Positions 6,531-13,945 of a stretch of DNA of 47,211 nucleotides are shown piece by piece (position 1 is the first letter of the stretch; every line of letters starts with the position of its first letter). This stretch comes from a virus. The stretch is from IMG/VR virus record IMGVR_UViG_3300045988_030428; one strand, 5' to 3'. The notes beneath the pieces were generated by a model. That model was given only the letters and a program-made list of their open reading frames with translations. It was not told the DNA's origin and searched no databases. Both the position numbers and the translations under genes were made by a program.

Positions 6531-6873
6531 ATATCGCCTCACCTTCTCCGCAGCCGCTTTTCTTGTTGTTATTAGGATATGCGGTCACAACCTCGCCCGA
6601 TCCGCCGCAGACAGACACAACAACGTGTGTATATTTGAGCTTCGGGTAGTATGTAGCAATTTTCGATTCTTTTGTGTATATCCGACGTTCGTCCAGCGGA
6701 GGGTTTGTGTCGTGACTCGGTAAAATTAGCTCCGGCTCCTTGATCGTCTCCACGATTGCGTCTACGTTTGAAACCATGATGCTGTGGTTAAGCGCCACAT
6801 GAGAATCCCACTGCTCTTTTGTGCAGAATACTTTTATCCCGCTTCTGTCAACAACTTCGAAAAAATTAGGCAT
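6514..6873 (-). CDS. DUF4258/Barnase-EndoU-RelE-like putative nuclease toxin (119 aa)
   Basis: The ATG overlaps the upstream stop (TGATG). The pattern W..H....H...IVETIKEPELI...RRIYTK...YTHVVVSV...GEVVTAYP resembles DUF4258/PBECR-type toxins. The assignment comes from motif reading only. Confidence 0.4.
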   Translation of the reverse strand: MPNFFEVVDRSGIKVFCTKEQWDSHVALNHSIMVSNVDAIVETIKEPELILPSHDTNPPLDERRIYTKESKIATYYPKLKYTHVVVSVCGGSGEVVTAYPNNNKKSGCGEGEAIYVAEE

Positions 6874-7091
6874 CAATCCACCTGCTCACTCAGGATTTTG
6901 GACATCATTGCAGGGAGTGCCTCTGCTAACTGCTCATTCACAATCACCGCAGCTACCGTTTCTTCCTGGTCGCTGTCCACAACGCCATTCGCTCCAACTA
7001 CTGGATATTTATGCTTAAATGTAAAAACAAACTCGTTCTTTGCCTCGTTCGCAGTAACAGTCAGCGAATTTGCGTAAATAGGCTTGCACAT
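6873..7091 (-). CDS. DUF3467-like small protein (72 aa)
   Basis: AAGGAGA RBS and ATG at 7091. PIYANSLTVTANEAKNEFVFTF matches the DUF3467 core (YaN...v..s..Ef.l.F). Confidence 0.5.
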   Translation of the reverse strand: MCKPIYANSLTVTANEAKNEFVFTFKHKYPVVGANGVVDSDQEETVAAVIVNEQLAEALPAMMSKILSEQVD

Positions 7092-7124
7092 TGTAGTATA
7101 ATCTCCTTCTTTGCTTTTTATTTC

Positions 7125-7153
7125 ATTATAGAACAAATTAAGCTCATTGTAAA
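7125..7153 (-). promoter_or_regulatory. Sigma70-like promoter of the three-gene moron
   Basis: Minus strand: TTTACA (7153-7148), a 17-nt spacer, then TATAAT (7130-7125). Confidence 0.55.
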
Positions 7154-7188
7154 TGCAACAGAATATTAAATTTGCAATTTTGCCACAA

Positions 7189-7211
7189 GAGCCGCCCTAT
7201 CCGGGCGGCTC
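7189..7211. terminator. Hairpin at the end of the late operon (terminator candidate)
   Basis: Perfect 9-bp stem: gagccgccc (7189-7197) pairs with gggcggctc (7203-7211). The T tract on the minus strand is weak (TTGTGG). Confidence 0.4.
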
Positions 7212-7421
7212 CTTTGCATGCTCCCGCAGTACATTCACGCACCGCGCTATGATCTTCTTGACGCCGTTTACGCTCAGGCCCTCGCGTTCGGCAATGCGTT
7301 CATGGCTCCAATCGTCAAGAATCTTCCGTTTCAGGATTCCCCGGTATCGCTCCGAAAGAATCCATTCGTCGATCAAATGCTCCCAATCGCTGCGGCTCAG
7401 ACTCGGCAGCCCCCGCAGCAT
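7197..7421 (-). CDS. Small sigma70 region-4-like HTH protein
   Basis: 74 aa. WILSERYRGILKRKILDDWSHERIAEREGLSVNGVKKIIARCVNVL resembles a sigma region 4/LuxR-type HTH. Confidence 0.55.
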   Translation of the reverse strand: MLRGLPSLSRSDWEHLIDEWILSERYRGILKRKILDDWSHERIAEREGLSVNGVKKIIARCVNVLREHAKEPPG

Positions 7422-7430
7422 ATGCCCTCC

Positions 7431-8126
7431 TTACTTGCTATCCAGCACGGCAATATTGCCCTTATTGCTGACCCTCAGCCCCAGCGCGGCGGCGATATCG
7501 CGCACCTTGACATAGTTCGTGCCGTTTTTCAGGATGCGCTCGACGGCGACCTCCTTGCCGTCCACGATCATTTTGCTTTTCTCTACCACTTCATCTTCAA
7601 ACCTTTCCAAGAATTTTTTCCACTGCTCGTTGCCAGTGGTGTGATAGTAGGTGTTCATGTCCGTGCCGACGAACGGGCGCGGGCAGAACTTCCCGGACAC
7701 ATCGTAATGCCTGATAATGTGATCCGCCGGAATGTTGTGCTCCTTCATGAGCTTGCGGATGAGCCACTCGGCATTGTCCAGCACCTTTTTCTCGAAGAAC
7801 CAGTCGGTGTCGTAGGCTCCCATGCGCTTCGGATTGACCTTCTTCGGTCTCAGCTCCACGCCGATGGAGTTCCAGTTCCGGCACTCCGGATGCAGCGTAC
7901 CATCTCCGCAGTGCCACGAAACATCCGTATCCTTTACGCACCGGTAAATGATATCGCCCTCGTCTACGGCGTAGTGCGCGCTGGCTCTGGCCTGCGGGTT
8001 TTTGAACCACTCGGCCACGCTGGCCGCAGAGCCGAGCGCACCGAAGTAGTGTACGACGATCCATTTCGGCGTGCAGCCGCCCGCTCGATGGTTGATCGGC
8101 GTGAGTGCGTCCTTAATTACCGGCAT
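7431..8126 (-). CDS. Endolysin, N-acetylmuramoyl-L-alanine amidase (Amidase_2/PGRP type) with C-terminal binding domain
   Basis: GGAGG RBS and ATG at 8126. The motifs IVVHY...SAHYAVD...SWHCG...NSIGVEL...IIRHYDVSGKFCP are typical of amidase_2. Confidence 0.85.
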   Translation of the reverse strand: MPVIKDALTPINHRAGGCTPKWIVVHYFGALGSAASVAEWFKNPQARASAHYAVDEGDIIYRCVKDTDVSWHCGDGTLHPECRNWNSIGVELRPKKVNPKRMGAYDTDWFFEKKVLDNAEWLIRKLMKEHNIPADHIIRHYDVSGKFCPRPFVGTDMNTYYHTTGNEQWKKFLERFEDEVVEKSKMIVDGKEVAVERILKNGTNYVKVRDIAAALGLRVSNKGNIAVLDSK

Positions 8127-8328
8127 TGTTCGCGCCTCCATCCACTGCGTCCTGCACCTTCTGGCTCTGCGTTCCGAAGTAGAATGCGATTACGACGGCA
8201 TACACCGTCATAAAGTCCTGGCTGATCTTGCCCACCACGGCCATGTACGCAAATACCGCCGTCAGCGTCAGCGTCACAAGGCTCTTCACGCTCAGGAGAT
8301 TCCCGAGCCGCTTGATGATCTTATCCAT
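8113..8328 (-). CDS. Holin (71 aa, two TM)
   Basis: GGAGG RBS and ATG at 8328. Product: MDKIIKRLGNLLSVKSLVTLTLTAVFAYMAVVGKISQDFMTVYAVVIAFYFG... It lies immediately upstream of the endolysin. Confidence 0.75.
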   Translation of the reverse strand: MDKIIKRLGNLLSVKSLVTLTLTAVFAYMAVVGKISQDFMTVYAVVIAFYFGTQSQKVQDAVDGGANNAGN

Positions 8329-8581
8329 CGTATGTACCTCCATCGTCTTTATCGTTTGGTTTTGCAAATACTCTCTTGAGCAGCAGGAGCAGCAGCTCAC
8401 CGCCGAAGGCCGCGCCCGCGAACACCAGCACATCCGAAAGGTCGCACGTCCTATCCAGCAGGACAGCGGCGGTTTTCAGGATCATCGCCCATGTGGCCAC
8501 TGCCGTGAGCATCCACAGGCAGTAGTACACAAGCTCGCGGGCCATACGGCCCTTTGTCCATCGTTTCTTGTCTCTGCGCAT
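8321..8581 (-). CDS. Second holin-like membrane protein (86 aa, two TM)
   Basis: Hydrophobic segments LVYYCLWMLTAVATWAMIL and VLVFAGAAFGGELLLLLL. It sits within the lysis cassette. Confidence 0.6.
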   Translation of the reverse strand: MRRDKKRWTKGRMARELVYYCLWMLTAVATWAMILKTAAVLLDRTCDLSDVLVFAGAAFGGELLLLLLKRVFAKPNDKDDGGTYDG

Positions 8582-8970
8582 CAGCCCAGCCCCAGCTTCG
8601 CCAGCGCAAATCCGATCAGCCCTGCAAGGATCGCCGTGATAAGGCCCTTTACTACCGCCTCCCAGCGGCTTCCCGGCAGCGCCTTGATGCTTTTCACATC
8701 GGCCTTGATCTCATTCACGTTTTCCTCGATTGCCTCCTGCTTGGTCGCCAGCACCTCCACCGATGTCGCCAGCTGATGCAGCGCCCTGTTGTCTGCCTCC
8801 AACTCGTCGATCCTGTGCGAGTTGCTCTTGCATCGCGCCTCCACGGAGGCGATCTGCGCCTGAATTCCATCATCCATCTTGATACTCCTTTCAAAGCTTT
8901 CTATTTCGCACTCCGGGCAGACCATCCGTCCCTCCGGCACGGCCCGCCCGCAGCATACGCAGGTATCCAT
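8581..8970 (-). CDS. XhlA-like lysis-associated protein with N-terminal zinc ribbon, coiled coil and C-terminal TM
   Basis: ATG at 8970 overlaps the upstream stop by 1 nt. It has CVCCGRAVPEGRMVCPEC, a coiled coil, and LITAILAGLIGFALAKL. Its position matches xhlA in PBSX-type cassettes. Confidence 0.5.
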   Translation of the reverse strand: MDTCVCCGRAVPEGRMVCPECEIESFERSIKMDDGIQAQIASVEARCKSNSHRIDELEADNRALHQLATSVEVLATKQEAIEENVNEIKADVKSIKALPGSRWEAVVKGLITAILAGLIGFALAKLGLG

Positions 8971-10883
8971 CAACCGGCCTCCAATGTGCATGTGATGTTC
9001 GCGCCTGTACCCTTTACGGCAAATGCAATTCCATACTGCACCTCCGGCACTTTCCCGGCCTCCCACGAAAGCGTAAATCCCTTTGCGTCGGAATCCACCG
9101 CCATCTTGGAATTGAGGCTGAAATTGTCCGTATTGTAAATGTACACGCCGCTTGAGAACACGCCAGCCGCTGTATACCAGCACATTGCGCTGTCACTGTA
9201 AGGGCTTGACGTCGAGCCGCCAGTTACCTGATCTGCGCCGCTCAGCCGGATCGTCAGCCCATTTGGATAAAGCTTGTTGCTGATCTGTATCTTGCTGGTG
9301 TGGCCAATGGTCACATATCCCGCTGCCGATTTCTCCGTTCCGGAGCCGGTTGACAGGCGCGTATTATCTGCGTAGCCATAGGTCGCCAGCACGTCCACCG
9401 TCTGTGCTTTTACCGTCAAATGGTACGTCGCAGTGAACCCGCCGTCCTCTGTAGTCGCGGTAATATCCGCTGTTCCTGCGGAGAGCGCTGTCACGACGCC
9501 ATTCACGACGCTTGCCACTGTCGGTGCAGAACTTGTCCAGGTTACCGTCTTATTACTGGCATTTGCCGGAGACACCGTTGCTGTCAGCGTAACGCTTCCA
9601 CCCTTTTCGAGTTCCCCAGAGGACGCATTGAGTGCAATACCCGTTACCGCAATAGACGCAACGCCAGTGAATACCTCACGGTCGTACCCCGCGCCGAAAC
9701 AGTAGCTGTAGATTTTCTGCGCGGCTGGATTGAGCACGTTTACTACGAATGCCGTATCGTCTGCCGTTCCCGCCGTCTTGTTGTACGTCGTTTCTTCTCC
9801 GAATTCGATCCCGTAATACTCGCCCTTGCCGTTTTGGCCGTATTCATTGTTCCGGCTGAAACACATATTGGGGATCGCTACGCGCCATGCGTTAAATTCT
9901 GTCGGTGTGTTGCCGGAAATGCTGTTCAGCTTCGCGGCCTTAAAGCAATGTACATGTCCGTGGAATGCGCAAAGAAACTGCGCACTGTTGGAGTTCGCGA
10001 AATTCACATTCTCTCCGCCAACTACAATACTTCCTCCCTCGACATACGCCTTGACGATGTTAGCGCATACGCTCACGATGCTCCAATCCAACGGATGGTG
10101 CGAAAGCGTCAGCACCCGCCACCCGGATTTTGCTCCGACCGCCTTCAGCGTTTTAGCGAACCATGCTGCCTGCGCATCCGATACATAGCCCGTAGACGCT
10201 TTGTCCGCCGTCAGGCTTTCCGAGGTGTTCAGACAGATCACGCGCAACTTTTTGCTCTCGAAGTCTCTGTAGCAGTATCCTGCGACAGTCGAGCCATAAG
10301 TGGCTCCCTCGCAATATTTCCCGATAAGCTGGAAAAGCTCCGAATCCGGTATCGTCGTCCCGTTCTGCGTGACGGCATACGCTCCCGCGTCGTGATTGCC
10401 CACCGTCCGAAACTGCGGTATCCCCTGAAACGCTTCGTCAATGTCCGCGTTGATCTCCGCAATATGTTGCTTTGTCTCCGCGATCGTCGTTGTGCTGGCT
10501 CCCCAAGTGTAGTCGCCGAGATAGCAGCAGAAATCGATTCCTGGCAGAATGTAGGTCAGCGCCTTCATCGCCTGCGCCGCGTTCAGGTTTCCGGCCACGA
10601 TATCCGCGCTGCTGTCCTGCTGATGCGCGTCCGATGCTGCAATAAACACAATGCTATCCGATGCCCTAATCGCGTTCACCTTCTCTGCCACGGCCAATGC
10701 CTCGGCCTTGACGTAATCCGGAATATCTGCGTGCTGAATTTTTTCGCTTCCGGAGATCGCATCCACTGCGTTTCCAAATCCCTTTTCCGCGTCCCATACG
10801 ATTTGGGCTGTGTCTCCCGTTTTTGCGCGAATCCGGTCTGCCGTGTGGGTCAGCGCCGCACCGTTTGTTAAATATTCACTCAA
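8970..10883 (-). CDS. Tail fibre/receptor-binding protein with calcineurin-like metallophosphoesterase domain, Big_2 Ig-like domain and C-terminal beta-rich domain
   Basis: Probable TTG start at 10883 after GGGAGGTG. Phosphoesterase motifs are SDAH, GDY, GNHD, SHHP and GHVH. VTLTATVSPANASNKTVTWTSS...ITATTEDGGFTATYHLTV is Big_2-like. Confidence 0.75.
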   Translation of the reverse strand: MSEYLTNGAALTHTADRIRAKTGDTAQIVWDAEKGFGNAVDAISGSEKIQHADIPDYVKAEALAVAEKVNAIRASDSIVFIAASDAHQQDSSADIVAGNLNAAQAMKALTYILPGIDFCCYLGDYTWGASTTTIAETKQHIAEINADIDEAFQGIPQFRTVGNHDAGAYAVTQNGTTIPDSELFQLIGKYCEGATYGSTVAGYCYRDFESKKLRVICLNTSESLTADKASTGYVSDAQAAWFAKTLKAVGAKSGWRVLTLSHHPLDWSIVSVCANIVKAYVEGGSIVVGGENVNFANSNSAQFLCAFHGHVHCFKAAKLNSISGNTPTEFNAWRVAIPNMCFSRNNEYGQNGKGEYYGIEFGEETTYNKTAGTADDTAFVVNVLNPAAQKIYSYCFGAGYDREVFTGVASIAVTGIALNASSGELEKGGSVTLTATVSPANASNKTVTWTSSAPTVASVVNGVVTALSAGTADITATTEDGGFTATYHLTVKAQTVDVLATYGYADNTRLSTGSGTEKSAAGYVTIGHTSKIQISNKLYPNGLTIRLSGADQVTGGSTSSPYSDSAMCWYTAAGVFSSGVYIYNTDNFSLNSKMAVDSDAKGFTLSWEAGKVPEVQYGIAFAVKGTGANITCTLEAG

Positions 10884-12601
10884 AATGACGCACCTCCCGC
10901 GCTGAGCAGTTCGGCAGCCGCCCATGCCCCATTTACGACGCGAAGGATTTTCCCGTTATCAGCGGTTGTAACAGCCGGAACATCGCGCGGGATCTCCACG
11001 TTTTTCGCCGCGCTTCCATCATAGCTTGTCGTCGAATTTCCAATCTTGATGTTGAGCGAATAAGGATTTTTGAGTGCCGTCGGAATCGTGGGGATATCAT
11101 CCTTGGATGCAACATCGCTCGTTGTCACCTCCAGAGTCCCAAAGGCGTTGATCATAACAGCGAGGTAAGAAGTAATGCCGTTAATTGTCCCGATCCCGCC
11201 GAACACACACATCATGCTAGAAACCAGGAGTGCCGGAAGTGTCGCCGGAAGGTTTTCAAAATCCGAGAGTACCGCCTTGCAGATGGGCGCAAATCCCGCC
11301 GTCTGTGCAGCTACGATCTGTGCAGCCGTCTGCGTCGTTGCGGGGGACGCCACGCTGCCGGTCACATTGAAATACCAGTTTGTTTTCGTCTCGCCCGTCT
11401 GCCCATTCACGCTTTTAACCGGCACATCATCCGCGCTGATGGGCGTAAACCCGAGCGCGCCGACAACCGCATCCCTCGTGACATTCGCATTGTCCCCGTC
11501 TGCGCCCTTCGGAATTCCGAGGTTAAGCGTAGGCTGTGCGGCAGTTCCGCCCATGCTGGCCGTAGCCGCGCTTCCTGCGGGCAGCGTAGTCACCGTCCCG
11601 ATCTTGATATCCGGCGTCACGCCATCCTTGCCGGGTGCGCCATCCTTTCCGGGAGCGCCCTGTGGGCCGGTCGCACCCCTCGACGGCTTCCCGGTGTCCT
11701 CGGTGCCGAGATACCAGTTCCCGTTTTCTCCGATCGTCGGCGTAATGCCGTTTTTACCGTCTGCGCCCTTCGGAATTCCGAGGTTAAGCGTAGGCTGTGC
11801 GGCAGTTCCGCCCATGCTGGCCGTAGCCGCGCTTCCTGCGGGCAGCGTAGTCACCGTCCCGATCTTGATATCCGGCGTCACGCCATCCTTGCCGGGTGCG
11901 CCATCCTTTCCGGGAGCGCCCTGTGGGCCGGTCGCACCCCTCGACGGCTTCCCGGTGTCCTCGGTGCCGAGATACCAGTTCCCGTTTTCTCCGATCGTCG
12001 GCGTAATGCCGTTTTTACCGTCTGCGCCCTTGAGATCGGCAATGGCAATGAGGTTTTCCCACGTCGCGCCATCGTCGTTGCTGTACTGGATGTAGCCATC
12101 CGCGACGCGCATATCGATGGTGCCCGCTCCTCCGGAGCCTCCGCCGGATCGTGCCGCCTCGTTGACAGCCGCGACAAGGTTCTCCTTGGCCTTTGTTGTC
12201 AGGTCGTTCAGATTGCCGATCTGCGCCTGAATCGCATCGAACCAGCGCTTGGCCGGCTCGTCCGGCGGCTCTGCGCCTGCTTCGAGCGCCGGAACAACGA
12301 TAAAATCAAATTTGTTGGATTTCGCCAGCGTATCGCCAAGGTGCCACTGCAATTCACACTGTCCAAATCCGGCCTTGTCCGTATCCGCGCTCGTTACCGT
12401 CCAATAGGCCGTAAGGCCCTCGACCGTAAGCGTCACCGGATACGCCACAGAATCGCCCTTGCGCTTTACCAGAAGCGCCGGAGTGCCGCCGGGGAATACT
12501 TCCTCGAAAGGGGCCAGCGTAAACGCGATCCTTGCGGCCTCATTTTCTCCCGTCCGCCCAAGCGGTATCGGGTATTTGTGCGTAGCTTTAATTTCAACCA
12601 T
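10880..12601 (-). CDS. Tail fibre/baseplate upper protein-like with collagen-like G-X-Y tracts and an internal 87-aa exact duplication
   Basis: 573 aa. It has a BppU-like N-terminus. GPQGAPGKDGAPGKDG occurs twice, and the 87-aa block KGADGKNGITPTIGENGNWYLG...TLNLGIP is repeated exactly. Confidence 0.75.
   Translation of the reverse strand: MVEIKATHKYPIPLGRTGENEAARIAFTLAPFEEVFPGGTPALLVKRKGDSVAYPVTLTVEGLTAYWTVTSADTDKAGFGQCELQWHLGDTLAKSNKFDFIVVPALEAGAEPPDEPAKRWFDAIQAQIGNLNDLTTKAKENLVAAVNEAARSGGGSGGAGTIDMRVADGYIQYSNDDGATWENLIAIADLKGADGKNGITPTIGENGNWYLGTEDTGKPSRGATGPQGAPGKDGAPGKDGVTPDIKIGTVTTLPAGSAATASMGGTAAQPTLNLGIPKGADGKNGITPTIGENGNWYLGTEDTGKPSRGATGPQGAPGKDGAPGKDGVTPDIKIGTVTTLPAGSAATASMGGTAAQPTLNLGIPKGADGDNANVTRDAVVGALGFTPISADDVPVKSVNGQTGETKTNWYFNVTGSVASPATTQTAAQIVAAQTAGFAPICKAVLSDFENLPATLPALLVSSMMCVFGGIGTINGITSYLAVMINAFGTLEVTTSDVASKDDIPTIPTALKNPYSLNIKIGNSTTSYDGSAAKNVEIPRDVPAVTTADNGKILRVVNGAWAAAELLSAGGASF
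11496..12031. repeat. Perfect 261-bp tandem duplication (about 2.05 copies) inside the tail-fibre gene
   Basis: 11496..11756 is identical to 11757..12017 by eye. The first 14 nt recur again at 12018..12031. Confidence 0.9.
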
Positions 12602-12613
12602 ATGTTTCTCCTA

Positions 12614-13114
12614 TCAATAGCCGATAATCATCACTCGGTACGATGCAATGGCGAATAACACTGTTATTGTTGAAGTATCTCGCGTAAGTGTTATCGAATC
12701 GCTAGTAATCGTTGGTACTAAGTATCCAGACGACGTGTCTCTGTTATAAAACACCGTGTACCCGGTTGATTGCGAATCTGTGGCAACCATGGATTCCATG
12801 AGCAGATTCCCTAAATCGTCTCTCGCGTCGCATATGGAAATGACCCCGTCCCCAACAGACTCATTCGAAAGCAGAATTATCGCCTTTATTCTTGTGAGTC
12901 CCTCCGTATTCGGGACAACCATCCGAGTTGTGCTTGTCGGCGTGACGGCCTCCGCATAAATGACCTTTGCGCTGGGGTCTACCGATTGAACGATTACAGG
13001 GTTAAACCCGTCCACGCCAGCAGGCGGCGTAAGCAACTGCTGAACGCTCGTGGATTGCACCGTCTTGCTCTGTACGTTCGCTCCGGAGCCGCCCATGTTG
13101 ATAACGTTCGCCAT
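12614..13114 (-). CDS. Hypothetical tail/baseplate-associated protein
   Basis: The ATG overlaps the upstream stop (TGATG). It lies between two fibre genes and has no recognisable motif. Confidence 0.6.
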   Translation of the reverse strand: MANVINMGGSGANVQSKTVQSTSVQQLLTPPAGVDGFNPVIVQSVDPSAKVIYAEAVTPTSTTRMVVPNTEGLTRIKAIILLSNESVGDGVISICDARDDLGNLLMESMVATDSQSTGYTVFYNRDTSSGYLVPTITSDSITLTRDTSTITVLFAIASYRVMIIGY

Positions 13115-13800
13115 CACTGCACCCTCACTCTCAGAATCTGCACAGTCAGTGCAGCCGTCGGCACAGTCTCGCAGGTGAACGCCATCTGGCCGTTCGTCGT
13201 AACGTCCTTTGCCTTGATCTTCGCCTTATTGTACGCGTCCGCGCTTGCATAGGCCGGGCCAACAATGTACTTATAGCCGGACGCTGCAAAGAGCGCATTG
13301 GAAACTGTCTGCTGCTTGTTCGTCCAGCCGTTTACCGCCAGCGTCGCTTCAATAGAGTTCGGCAACGCATATGCAGGAATGCCGCCTTCCGCTTTTACGG
13401 CCCCGGATGGGTCGTAATCAGACTCAAGCATATCGCCGGTACCAGAACCGGAAGCTCCCCGGCAGTAACCCGCGTCTTTTGTGCTGCCGTCCGAGAACGT
13501 CAGGATCAGGTGATACTGCGCATCAATGGAAGCGCCCGTGACGGATACGCCATCCGCGCCTGTGACCTTGCCCGTGTCGATAACTGTTCCGTCGGTCGTT
13601 GTAATCACAAGGTGGCCGAGCGCGTTGACCATCGCATTGTTTATCTTTGCCGCCTCAACACCAGCCGCCTTTGCAAGGGATTTCAGCGTCGAGCCTTTAA
13701 TGACCTTGGTCGTCCCAGACTGTGAAACGAGCAGAAGGTCATTGTCTCCAAAACTGGCCGCGACATTAAAATCAGATATCTTTTTGTATGTTTCAGCCAT
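13114..13800 (-). CDS. Tail fibre-like protein
   Basis: AGGAGG RBS and ATG at 13800. The N-terminus KKISDFNVAASFGDNDLLLVSQSGTTKVIKGSTL is typical of phage fibre N-termini. Confidence 0.6.
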   Translation of the reverse strand: MAETYKKISDFNVAASFGDNDLLLVSQSGTTKVIKGSTLKSLAKAAGVEAAKINNAMVNALGHLVITTTDGTVIDTGKVTGADGVSVTGASIDAQYHLILTFSDGSTKDAGYCRGASGSGTGDMLESDYDPSGAVKAEGGIPAYALPNSIEATLAVNGWTNKQQTVSNALFAASGYKYIVGPAYASADAYNKAKIKAKDVTTNGQMAFTCETVPTAALTVQILRVRVQ

Positions 13801-13936
13801 TTTCAGCCTCCTGTTTGATAAGCTTGTCCAGCTCGTTATTGATCGCCACGACTGCGAAGCAGTCTGAACGACCAGTGACACGGATCTGATTCAGTGTTTC
13901 TTTTATAGCCTTTAGTGATTCAAGCCGTTCGTTCAT
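13793..13936 (-). CDS. Small phage protein (47 aa, XkdX-like position)
   Basis: GAGGTGGAG RBS and ATG at 13936. Product: MNERLESLKAIKETLNQIRVTGRSDCFAVVAINNELDKLIKQEAENG. The stop overlaps the next start. It is below the ORF-track size cut-off. Confidence 0.4.
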   Translation of the reverse strand: MNERLESLKAIKETLNQIRVTGRSDCFAVVAINNELDKLIKQEAENG

Positions 13937-13945
13937 ATCTCCACC

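Noticed and set aside
9420-10871. 483-aa + strand ORF, plus similar long antisense ORFs at 4393..5265, 5625..6326, 7218..8213, 17543..18607, 26349..27359, 38286..39314 and 41064..42044
   Set aside because: All lie antisense to, or in an alternative frame of, well-supported minus-strand genes. They are Arg/Pro/Ala/Cys-rich, lack RBSs, and are typical open antisense frames in GC-rich coding DNA.
10880-12601. Possible diversity-generating retroelement target in the repeated fibre gene
   Set aside because: No reverse transcriptase gene or template repeat with A-specific mismatches is seen in the window. The two repeat copies are identical, not variable.
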